A DNA stretch of 64,000 nt from Myxococcales bacterium (lineage in GTDB: Bacteria; Myxococcota_A; Polyangia; Polyangiales; Polyangiaceae): the NCBI GenBank assembly GCA_947473045.1, contig CANJCO010000013.1, forward strand, positions 14,038 to 78,037, written 5' to 3'. The notes below the pieces were generated by a model. The model did not search any database. It saw nothing but the letters and a program-made list of their open reading frames with translations, and was not told the origin of the DNA. Position numbers and translations under genes: made by a program. Positions 36,656 to 44,346 of this stretch are shown here, in pieces. How positions within the stretch are numbered: position 1 is the stretch's first letter; each line of letters opens with the position of its first letter.

Positions 36656-37249
36656 CTAGCGCTCTGAATCGAGCGCTTTCTTGAGCGCCGCGACCGCCCT
36701 GTGAAGTAGCACGTCGAACGTCGCCGGTGAGACCTCGAGCGCGCGCGCCACTTCCTCGCGCGGCAACTCATCGAGCACGCGCATGCGCACGGCCCGCGCG
36801 TAACGCGGGTGCAGTTTCGACAGCGCCGCGTCGATCCGCCTTCGCGCGGCCTCGCGGTCGCGTCGATCGCTGAGCGTCTGCTCGAGCGGGGTCTGCGTCT
36901 GGGCTGCGTCGATCTCGCGCTGCACGTCCTCGGCCTCCCAAACGAGCAGTCGCTTTTTTGCGCGCAAAATATCGAGCGCGGCGCGTAGCCCGATGACGCG
37001 CAGCCACGGATAAAACCCCACGCCCTGCCAGGTGAACTGCCCGATGCGCTCGACCACCTTTGCGTACGTCTCGCTGAGCGCGTCCTGCGCGAGCGCTTCG
37101 GACCCGAGGCGAGGAAGCAGCACGCTCCGGTAGAGTCCCGGTCCGTATTTTCGCAGCAGCTGGCCTACTGCGGCTCGATCGCCGGCCTGTGCCCTGGCGA
37201 CTGTGGCGCGCTCCTCGGCCATGGCCGCGTCGTCTTCGCGACCACGCAT
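36656..37249 (-). CDS. ECF-type RNA polymerase sigma-70 family factor
   Basis: Region 2-like QDALSETYAKVVERIGQF...YPWL, region 4 HTH LPREEVARALEVSPATFDVLLHRAVAALKK. The ORF-track 5' extension to 37861 is antisense to the SCP2 gene and is rejected. Confidence 0.85.
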   Translation of the reverse strand: MRGREDDAAMAEERATVARAQAGDRAAVGQLLRKYGPGLYRSVLLPRLGSEALAQDALSETYAKVVERIGQFTWQGVGFYPWLRVIGLRAALDILRAKKRLLVWEAEDVQREIDAAQTQTPLEQTLSDRRDREAARRRIDAALSKLHPRYARAVRMRVLDELPREEVARALEVSPATFDVLLHRAVAALKKALDSER

Positions 37250-37414
37250 CGCGCTGCGTTCGTCTGCGCCGGCCACGCCGAAGACCATAGCCGAGCCGAG
37301 CCGCCAGAGCGCGTGATTGAGGGCTGGCTGTGCGCTCACAACTGCACAACGCGTCGGCGCGCCGGCCCTTACAGGCCTTGACGTTCGCGGCTCGCCGCGC
37401 GATAGCGAAGGGCC

Positions 37415-37867
37415 GTGCCTGATTCTGCGATCCTCCTGGCGCCCGGCGCCGAAGACAACGGCTTTGCCGTAATGCTCAGCGATCTCGTGAGGCAAAATCT
37501 CGAGGCAAAGCCGCACAAGCGGGCGGACTTCAATCGCCTCGACGGCGTGGTCGCCATTGTCGCCGAAGACGCGGAAGTCGCCATTACGCTGCGGTTTTCG
37601 CTCGGTAAGCTCACCGTTTACGACGGCATCGTGGGCATCCCCGACGTCACCATGCGCGGCTCGTCCGACATTATCATGGCCATGTCGAACATGCCGATCG
37701 CGACCCGATTCGCGCTGCCTGTCGCCGCGCGCGGAGACGCCGCCGCCAAGCAAACCGTCTCGACGGTGATGCGCGCGATGCGTTCGGGCGATTTCCGGAT
37801 GTACGGCGCCCTCTTCAACGCACCGCTGCTCATGCGCCTCACCCGCGTCATGTCGGTTCACGGCTGA
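37415..37867 (+). CDS. SCP2 sterol/lipid-binding domain protein
   Basis: 150-aa ORF with an SCP2-like pattern (...VVAIVAEDAEVAITLRF..GKLTVYDG...). Balanced composition compared with the antisense ORF. Confidence 0.7.
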   Translation: MPDSAILLAPGAEDNGFAVMLSDLVRQNLEAKPHKRADFNRLDGVVAIVAEDAEVAITLRFSLGKLTVYDGIVGIPDVTMRGSSDIIMAMSNMPIATRFALPVAARGDAAAKQTVSTVMRAMRSGDFRMYGALFNAPLLMRLTRVMSVHG

Positions 37868-37889
37868 GCGCGTAGAGGAACGTGAAGAG

Positions 37890-38942
37890 ATGAGCTCGCT
37901 AAGCCGCTTTTACAACGGCAAAGCCGTCGTTCTCGCGCCGATGGAAGACGTCACCGACGCCGTCTTTCGCGAGCTGTCGCGCGACGTGGGCGCGGACCTG
38001 TGCTTCACCGAGTTTGTCAACGTCGAGGGCCTGCTTCGGGGCTGCCGAAACGCCCGCCGCAAGCTCAAGTTGGCGCCGGTCGACCAGCCCACCGTCATTC
38101 AGATTTACGGCTCGAATCCCGAGCGCCTCGCCGAGGCCGCGCACGTCGCCGAGTCCGCCGGTCCGGTGTTCATCGACATCAACTGCGGCTGCTGGGTGCC
38201 GAAAATCGCGGGCAGGGGAGCAGGCGCCGGCTGGCTTCGTGATCCCGCCGCCATGGTCGCGATGGCGAAGATGGTGGTCGCGAACACCGGCGTGCCGATT
38301 ACCGTCAAGACCCGCATCGGTTACGGTCCTGAGAGCGAGATGCCGATCGTCGACCTCGCACGGCGCCTCGAAGACGCAGGCGTCGCCGCCCTGACCGTGC
38401 ACTGCCGCACGGCGCAAATGGGCCACTCCGGGGCGGCCGACTGGAGCTGGGCGCGCAAGGCTCGCGAGGTCGTGTCGATCCCGGTCATCGTCAACGGCGA
38501 TATCAAGTCCGCCGAAGATGCCAAGCGTGCGCTCGACGAAACGGGATGCGCGGGCGTCATGGTCGGGCGCCGCGCCATCGACCACCCGTGGATATTTCGC
38601 GAGGCCCGGGCGCTGCTCGATCGCGGCGAGACCGATCCCGGCCCAACCGCGCGCGAGCGCCTCGAGCTGTGCATGCGCCACTTGCAGATGAACACCGCCG
38701 AGCGCGGCGAACCCTACGGCGTGCGCGTCACGCGCAGGCACCTTACCGGCTATCTCAAGGGTCTGCGCGGCGCCGCCGAGCTTCGTCGCCAACTGCTCTT
38801 TTCTGACTCCCTGAGCGAATGTCTAGGCATTCTGTCGGAGGCGCTCCCGCACGCGGAGTACGCCGGCGCGTCGCCCGCGCCCTTTGCAGCCTCCGCGTTG
38901 ACCGCCGATTGTGGTCTTGACGATGGGCTCAGCACCATTTAG
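37890..38942 (+). CDS. tRNA-dihydrouridine synthase
   Basis: LAPMEDVTD, IDINCGC, TVKTRIG, TVHCRT: Dus-family TIM barrel plus helical C-terminal domain. Confidence 0.85.
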   Translation: MSSLSRFYNGKAVVLAPMEDVTDAVFRELSRDVGADLCFTEFVNVEGLLRGCRNARRKLKLAPVDQPTVIQIYGSNPERLAEAAHVAESAGPVFIDINCGCWVPKIAGRGAGAGWLRDPAAMVAMAKMVVANTGVPITVKTRIGYGPESEMPIVDLARRLEDAGVAALTVHCRTAQMGHSGAADWSWARKAREVVSIPVIVNGDIKSAEDAKRALDETGCAGVMVGRRAIDHPWIFREARALLDRGETDPGPTARERLELCMRHLQMNTAERGEPYGVRVTRRHLTGYLKGLRGAAELRRQLLFSDSLSECLGILSEALPHAEYAGASPAPFAASALTADCGLDDGLSTI

Positions 38943-39042
38943 GGTTCGCGACCCTGAACAAGTGGCCCCGCCATGGTCGCGCAAGCGCGCTCATGGGGTC
39001 GTGATACAGTAGTTCTACTGCGTTTTTCGAAGGATTCTCCAG

Positions 39043-39300
39043 ATGTCCGTCAGCATTCGTCTCGCCCGCGCCGGCGCCAAGAAGCGCCCCTTCTACCGCA
39101 TCGTCGTCACCGATAAACGCAGCCCCCGCGGCGGCCGCTTCCTCGAAAACATCGGCACTTTCGATCCGTCAAAAGATCCGGGACTTCTCACCCTCGACGA
39201 AGCACGCCTCGCGTATTGGCAGCAGGTCGGCGCGCAGCCCTCCGAGACCGTCGCGCGCCTGCTCAAGCGCCACGCGAAGCCTGTCGCCGAGAAGGTCTGA
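39043..39300 (+). CDS. rpsP: 30S ribosomal protein S16
   Basis: MSVSIRLARAGAKKRPFYRIVVTDKRSPRGGRF.E.IGTFDP. Confidence 0.95.
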   Translation: MSVSIRLARAGAKKRPFYRIVVTDKRSPRGGRFLENIGTFDPSKDPGLLTLDEARLAYWQQVGAQPSETVARLLKRHAKPVAEKV

Positions 39301-39349
39301 TTGCTGCGTGGCTCCGTCAAGGAGCCCGCTTTGCTGAAAGTACTGGCCT

Positions 39350-39586
39350 ATGGCGCTCACTGATTTGATTCGCACCATCGCGACTGAGCTCGTCGATCAC
39401 CCCGAAAAAGTTGAGGTTCGCGAGGTCGCGGGCGAGAACAACACGGTTGTCGAGCTGCGTGTCGCGAAAGAAGACATCGGCAAGGTTATCGGCAAAGATG
39501 GCCGCACGGCTCAGTCGATGCGCACCATTTTGTCTGCCGTTTCGACCAAGCTCGGCCGTCGCGCGCATCTCGACATTCTCGACTGA
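39350..39586 (+). CDS. KH-domain RNA-binding protein (UPF0109/YlqC family)
   Basis: VAKEDIGKVIGKDGRTAQSMRTIL (GXXG KH motif). Conserved position between rpsP and rimM. Confidence 0.85.
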   Translation: MALTDLIRTIATELVDHPEKVEVREVAGENNTVVELRVAKEDIGKVIGKDGRTAQSMRTILSAVSTKLGRRAHLDILD

Positions 39587-39589
39587 CGC

Positions 39590-40123
39590 ATGCTCGGTCC
39601 TGAAGACTGGGTGCCGCTCGCTGTGGTCGCGCGGCCGCATGGCGTTCGCGGCGAGCTCCGGCTCAAGCTCTACAACGAAGATAGCAATCTTCTGCTGACG
39701 CAGGAAGAAGTGCTCGTCAAGCTGGCGGACGGCGAGTCGCATGAGGTGTCGATTGACACAGCTCGGCGTGCCAACGAGGCCATCTTGCTGAAGCTGTTTT
39801 CCGTCGACGATCGCGATCGCGCCGAAGAGCTGCGCGGAGCGGAAATTTGCCTCAAAAGAGGCGCTTTCCCGGCGCTCGGCGACGGCGAGTTCTACGCCTG
39901 CGACATTCAGGGCGCGCGCGCAGAGATGCTCGACGGCACGCTCGTCGGCACGGTGCGCGACATGATCGAGTATCCCGCCGCCACGGTCCTCGTAGTCGAG
40001 GGCGACATGGGCGTGATTGAGCTTCCGCTCACCGATGCCTACGTCAAGCAAGTCGACGCCGCGGCCAGCCTCGTCTCGGTCGTCAGCATCGAAGGGCTCG
40101 AGCCTTCCAGGTCGCGCGCCTGA
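39590..40123 (+). CDS. rimM: 16S rRNA processing protein RimM
   Basis: VARPHGVRGELRLKLY and a PRC-barrel C-terminus. Conserved position. Confidence 0.85.
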   Translation: MLGPEDWVPLAVVARPHGVRGELRLKLYNEDSNLLLTQEEVLVKLADGESHEVSIDTARRANEAILLKLFSVDDRDRAEELRGAEICLKRGAFPALGDGEFYACDIQGARAEMLDGTLVGTVRDMIEYPAATVLVVEGDMGVIELPLTDAYVKQVDAAASLVSVVSIEGLEPSRSRA

Positions 40124-40125
40124 CG

Positions 40126-40836
40126 ATGCGCGTCGACGTCGTCACGCTCTTTCCGGAGCTCTTCGGCGCCTTCCTGACTACGAGCTTCGTTGGGCGTGGC
40201 ATCGCGGGAGGACAGCTTTCGGTGCGCCTGCGATCGCCCCGCGATTTCGGTCTGGGCAAGCACAAAAGCGTGGACGACTCGCCCTACGGCGGCGGCAGCG
40301 GCATGGTCATGCGCGTCGATGTGCTTGTAGCCTGCATGGAATCGCTCGATGCCGATGCTCCCGATGGTGTGAAGGCGCGCCGCGTTCTGCTCACGCCTCA
40401 GGGGGCGCCGCTGGTGCAGGGGCGCGCGCGCGACCTGTCGGAACAGGCTGCGATCATGTTGATTTGTGGTCGGTACGAGGGCTTCGACGAGCGCGTCCGC
40501 GCCCATGTCGATGAAGAGCTCTCGCTTGGCGATTTTGTCATGACCGGCGGCGAAGTCGCGGCGATGGCGGTGATCGAGTCGACCGTGCGCCTGCTGCCTG
40601 GCGTGCTCGGCAACGAGGCCTCGACCGAAGAAGAGTCGCACGCTCCGGACACTGGGCTCCTCGAGTATCCGCACTACACGCGCCCGGCCGAGTTTCGCGG
40701 AGCCGCGGTGCCTGCCGTGCTCTCGGGCGGCAACCACGCTGGCATCGCTGCGTGGCGACGCGCGCAGCAGCACGAGCGCACGCGGGTGAGGCGCCCTGAT
40801 TTATGGGCAAAGCGCGCAGGCAGAGGCGAACCATGA
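40126..40836 (+). CDS. trmD: tRNA (guanine37-N1)-methyltransferase
   Basis: VVTLFPELF, VDDSPYGGGSGMVM, ICGRYEGFDERV, SLGDFVMTGGE. Confidence 0.9.
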   Translation: MRVDVVTLFPELFGAFLTTSFVGRGIAGGQLSVRLRSPRDFGLGKHKSVDDSPYGGGSGMVMRVDVLVACMESLDADAPDGVKARRVLLTPQGAPLVQGRARDLSEQAAIMLICGRYEGFDERVRAHVDEELSLGDFVMTGGEVAAMAVIESTVRLLPGVLGNEASTEEESHAPDTGLLEYPHYTRPAEFRGAAVPAVLSGGNHAGIAAWRRAQQHERTRVRRPDLWAKRAGRGEP

Positions 40837-41387
40837 CCCGCAGAGTTGCCATCGCGCTGGTGCACTATCCGGTGCTCGACGGACAAAACAGCGTTGTCAC
40901 GAGCGCGATTACCAATCTCGACGTGCACGATCTCGCCCGCAGCGCGCGCACCTACGGCTGCAGCGACTATTTTCTGGTGCACCCCATCGAAGCGCAGCGC
41001 ACGCTCGTAGGTCGCATCACCGAGCACTGGACGACCGGCAGCTCGTCGATGCGCATTCCGGCGCGCAAGCACGCCCTCGCGCTGGCGAGGCCTGTGCCCT
41101 CGCTTGACGACGCGTTCGCCGCGATGGGCGGGCGCGAAGCGATCGAAGTGTGGAGCACGGCTGCGCGAATGGCTGACGGCGTGATCACGTTCGCGCAGGG
41201 CAAAACGCGCATGAGCGATGACCGGCCGCTGCTCATTTTGTTCGGCACGGCGTGGGGCCTCGCAGATTCGGCGCTCGCGACGTGCGATGCGCGGCTCGAA
41301 CCGATCGGCGCCCGTGAGCCGAGTGGCTACAACCACCTCAGCGTCCGCTCCGCGTGCGCGATCACGCTCGATCGCCTCCTCGGCTGA
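40833..41387 (+). CDS. SPOUT-like RNA methyltransferase family protein (Methyltrn_RNA_4-like)
   Basis: ALVHYPVLDGQNSVVTSAITNLDVHDLARSARTYG matches my recollection of this family, which often follows trmD. ATGA overlap with the trmD stop. Confidence 0.6.
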   Translation: MTRRVAIALVHYPVLDGQNSVVTSAITNLDVHDLARSARTYGCSDYFLVHPIEAQRTLVGRITEHWTTGSSSMRIPARKHALALARPVPSLDDAFAAMGGREAIEVWSTAARMADGVITFAQGKTRMSDDRPLLILFGTAWGLADSALATCDARLEPIGAREPSGYNHLSVRSACAITLDRLLG

Positions 41388-41453
41388 GCGGCGCTAAGCC
41401 CGCTCGATGAGCGGCGGCTCGAAGGTCAGCCCGCCGGGCTTTCGGGCCTGGGC
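41386..41453. repeat. Direct repeat copy A (68 bp, 63/68 identical to 43682..43749); decayed copy of the last 19 codons plus stop of the TrmN6-like gene
   Basis: Manual alignment. The minus strand reads AQARKPGGLTFEPPLIERA-stop, versus AQAGKPGGLAFEAPLIERA-stop in the intact gene. Confidence 0.85.
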
Positions 41454-43681
41454 GCTTTAGCGTGGCACCTGGGCGCGCTGTCTTCTACCGTCTGTTGTGT
41501 TGCTCATTTTCGGACAAAGCAGCCGGCGTTGGTGCGTCGTGCGCGCAGTCTGATGTTGCCACGTCGGATCGGTGATGCGCCAGAGAAGCAATGCAGTTGT
41601 CGGTGGCGAGCCGCCGGCCATTCTAGTGAACTGCGACCTCTGCACGCTCTCCTACCAAAACTACCATCAGTCGGCGATCTGGCCGCTCGACCCCTGGTAC
41701 GAGATCCTCGCCCGGGGCGCGACGGATCGTCGCACGCTGTTCATGAAGGCGATCCACCAAAACGTGGCAGCCTTTCCAGCCCGTGGTCCCGGCGCTCTCT
41801 ACGGCGGTCCCGCGGGGATCGCGGGCTTGGTGGCGTCGAACCTCACGCTCGACCCTGTCGTCACAAACTACGCGCAGATCCGGCCCCGCGATCCCGCGTG
41901 GAACGCAGATGGCGCCGTGTTTCTGGGGATGAAAGCGGCCGACTACATCGTCGACCCGATTCGCCACGTATCCGTCGCACATCACAACGGCGATTGGGAG
42001 GCCGGCTTTCCGCACGGGCCGAACCCCACGGTGACACCCGTGCACGACTACGGCTCCGGCTCCGACGAGCTCATCGCCTTCGAGGGCGGCACGGGGAGCT
42101 TCCAAGGTAGCCAGGCGGCCTGGAGCCTCATGGGGTTCGTGCTCAAGCGAACGAACGCGGACGGCACGTGGACCGCTCACATCGTGTTTCGAGGCAGCCG
42201 CAGCGGAAACGCGATTCGCGCCGTGCTGAAGAGCGGCAACGGGCTCCTCAACTCTCCCGAGGGCAACGCCGACTGGATCACCGATCTGGCGACTGGCCAC
42301 AAGCAAGACACGTACGTAGGCGGAAAGGCCGCCGTCGGCTTCGTAGACGCGCTGAAGCGCTGCTGGGGAACGCTCAGACGCGCCCTGCTCACCTTGGACG
42401 GGAAGTATGGAGCTCCCAATGGGATTCACGTGGCCGGCCACAGTCTGGGCGCCGCTCTGGCTGCGCTTTGTTGCGCGTCGATCGCGCAAAACGTCGTTGG
42501 CGCACCCGGTCACAATCTGCGGCAGGTGATGCCGGCGTGGCCGTGGAATCGCGTTCAAGGCTTCTTCTACGCCGTGCCGCCGGTCGGCTCGGAGGACTTC
42601 TGCGCCAGGATCAACCGTGACCTGGCAGGGCGCCTGATCGCGCCATATGTCGCGGACGACATGGTGGTCGAATGTTCGAAGTCGGTGAGCGTGTTCCAGA
42701 CTTCGAAAGCGGGCTTCGCCGGATGGTTCGGAGCCAAGACGACGAACGGAGGCAACACGGGCTACACCGTCGGAGCTCTCGACAGGTTGCCCAGGCCGCA
42801 AGGCGCCGACAAGGGCGAAAACTCGCACGAGCTGTACCTGATACGCGCATCCATCATCGACAAGTACTGCGCGTCGCGCACGATGGCAGTAGCCCCGCGC
42901 ATCACGAGGGCGACCTGCTGGGCGATGTTCGCGACGTTCGCGGACATGCTCGACGGCCGCGCCGTCTCTCTCGTGCGCGGTGAGCCGGCGACGATGATCA
43001 CGCCCGCCAATTTGCGCGCGACGCTCGTGAACTCAGGGTTCGATCGGCACTTCACGATTTTCTTGCAGGCCTTGCAGGGGGTCGTCTCGAACCTCGACAG
43101 CTATCGGGCGGGCGGTGTTATGGGGCGCTCGAAGGCTCGAGGGATGGCTCGACCCGAGCTGCTCGCGCTGGCCGCCGAGCGCGTCGGCGTCGCGCTGGCG
43201 ATGTGCGACAACGTCGACAGCGACGCGACGCAGGTCATTTGCGACACGGTCGCCACGCAGGTGGCCGCGCTCACGGGGTTCTCCGTGCAGACCACGCTCC
43301 GGGGCCGTCCCAAGGCTGCGGCGGAGGGGGGCCTCGCGCTGGAGGCCGACGCGCTGCTCGGACAGGACTTCAACAGCCGCATCGGTCTCGGCCTCATTCT
43401 GCGCTCCCTCCAGCGCAAGCCGGGCACCGCGGTGAACAACTACGCACAGTTCCCCGAGCTCGCAGCGTGCTTGCGCGTGAACCTGGGCGACGTCGAGAAG
43501 TGGCAGAAGCAGCAGGCGGCGCGCAGGGCCCAGCTCGGCGAGTAGTCGCTCGACTTCGCGCGTCCGGCGGCGCGGCCGACTGCCATCTGCGGCAAGCCTC
43601 CCGACGTGCCCCTGCCGGCTGAACGAGGAGCCGTCCTCGGCGCAACGCTCGACTTCGAGGGTGCGCCTCGGAGCATCGGCG
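41454..43681. mobile_element. Candidate inserted segment (about 2.2 kb, single lipase gene, no integrase/transposase) bounded by the 68-bp direct repeats
   Basis: The flanking direct repeats duplicate a gene's 3' end, as in att-site-type integration. No recombinase gene lies inside, so this may be a remnant or a recombination product. Confidence 0.4.
41572..43545 (+). CDS. Class 3 lipase-like alpha/beta hydrolase with a large uncharacterised C-terminal region; no signal peptide
   Basis: Nucleophile elbow HVAGHSLGAALA (GHSLG at 42436-42450). Candidate Asp (YVADDMVV) and His (GENSHELYLI) follow in Ser-Asp-His order. GTG 41572 / ATG 41575 start. Confidence 0.75.
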   Translation: MMRQRSNAVVGGEPPAILVNCDLCTLSYQNYHQSAIWPLDPWYEILARGATDRRTLFMKAIHQNVAAFPARGPGALYGGPAGIAGLVASNLTLDPVVTNYAQIRPRDPAWNADGAVFLGMKAADYIVDPIRHVSVAHHNGDWEAGFPHGPNPTVTPVHDYGSGSDELIAFEGGTGSFQGSQAAWSLMGFVLKRTNADGTWTAHIVFRGSRSGNAIRAVLKSGNGLLNSPEGNADWITDLATGHKQDTYVGGKAAVGFVDALKRCWGTLRRALLTLDGKYGAPNGIHVAGHSLGAALAALCCASIAQNVVGAPGHNLRQVMPAWPWNRVQGFFYAVPPVGSEDFCARINRDLAGRLIAPYVADDMVVECSKSVSVFQTSKAGFAGWFGAKTTNGGNTGYTVGALDRLPRPQGADKGENSHELYLIRASIIDKYCASRTMAVAPRITRATCWAMFATFADMLDGRAVSLVRGEPATMITPANLRATLVNSGFDRHFTIFLQALQGVVSNLDSYRAGGVMGRSKARGMARPELLALAAERVGVALAMCDNVDSDATQVICDTVATQVAALTGFSVQTTLRGRPKAAAEGGLALEADALLGQDFNSRIGLGLILRSLQRKPGTAVNNYAQFPELAACLRVNLGDVEKWQKQQAARRAQLGE

Positions 43682-43749
43682 GATCGGCGCTAGGCCCGCT
43701 CGATGAGCGGCGCCTCGAAGGCCAGCCCGCCGGGCTTTCCGGCCTGGGC
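43682..43749. repeat. Direct repeat copy B (functional 3' end of the TrmN6-like gene plus 8 nt past its stop)
   Basis: See copy A. Overlaps CDS 43690..44346. Confidence 0.85.
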
Positions 43750-44346
43750 CTCCACGAGCACCACGCGCGCGCGCGACGAAGTTGTAGCATGCACGCATCT
43801 GGCGCGCTTCGGCTCGAGTCCGGCGGCGCGCAGCTGGGCGAGCAGGGTCGCAAAATCGTTTGCAGGATACACGAAACATGCCCGCCCGCGCCTGCCGAGC
43901 AGCTCCCGCGCGGCGCGCACGAACGGGCCGACTTCGCCCATGCGCGCGTCGCGCTTCAATGCGGCGGGAGCGCGTCCGGAGCCCGGCTTGAAATAGGGCG
44001 GGTTGCACACGACCAGCGACGCGGAGCCTTTGTGCTCCTGCGACAGGGCGCTCACGTCGACCGAAAGCACGCGCGCGCGCGAGCCGAGGTCATTGCGCTC
44101 CACGTTTTTTATCGCGAGGTCGGCGTACGCGGCGTCGCGCTCCACGAGCGTCACGCTGGGCGTCTTCGAAAGGGTCGCGAGGAGCAACCCGACCGCGCCG
44201 ACGCCAGCGCCGAGATCGAACGCCGTCCCGCGCGTTCCGCCAGCGAATTCGGCCAGAAATACCGCGTCGACGTTGAAACGGTAGCCTCGTGACGGCTGCT
44301 CGAGAAGCAGAGCGCCCGAGGCCAGTGCGTCGACGCTTGTGGTCAC
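43690..44346 (-). CDS. N6-adenine methyltransferase, tRNA1(Val) m6A37 TrmN6/YfiC-like
   Basis: GYRFNVDAVFLA, SAM motif FDLGAGVGAVGL, catalytic NPPY (VVCNPPYF). GTG 44346 forms a GTGA overlap with the upstream lipoprotein stop. The ORF-track start 44442 would overlap that gene by 100 nt. Confidence 0.7.
   Translation of the reverse strand: MTTSVDALASGALLLEQPSRGYRFNVDAVFLAEFAGGTRGTAFDLGAGVGAVGLLLATLSKTPSVTLVERDAAYADLAIKNVERNDLGSRARVLSVDVSALSQEHKGSASLVVCNPPYFKPGSGRAPAALKRDARMGEVGPFVRAARELLGRRGRACFVYPANDFATLLAQLRAAGLEPKRARCVHATTSSRARVVLVEAQAGKPGGLAFEAPLIERA

Noticed and set aside
41463-41478. TGGCAC-ctggg-cgcgc upstream of the lipase gene resembles a sigma-54 -24 element (an NtrC-type activator is encoded in the window).
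   Set aside because: The -12 GC is one position out of register with GG-N10-GC and there is no TTGC(A/T). It is too weak to call without a matrix score or experiment.
41388-41571. Absence of rplS after trmD/SPOUT, considered as possible gene loss caused by the insertion.
   Set aside because: The left repeat begins at the SPOUT stop and duplicates the methyltransferase 3' end, so the pre-insertion state already lacked rplS here. rplS is presumably elsewhere in the genome.
41454-43681. Looked for a compositional (GC3/codon) anomaly in the repeat-flanked lipase segment as evidence of foreign origin.
   Set aside because: I counted A/T-ending codons by eye over about 100 codons. The fractions were similar in the lipase gene and in trmD (roughly one quarter each), so no compositional argument can be made without a real calculation.
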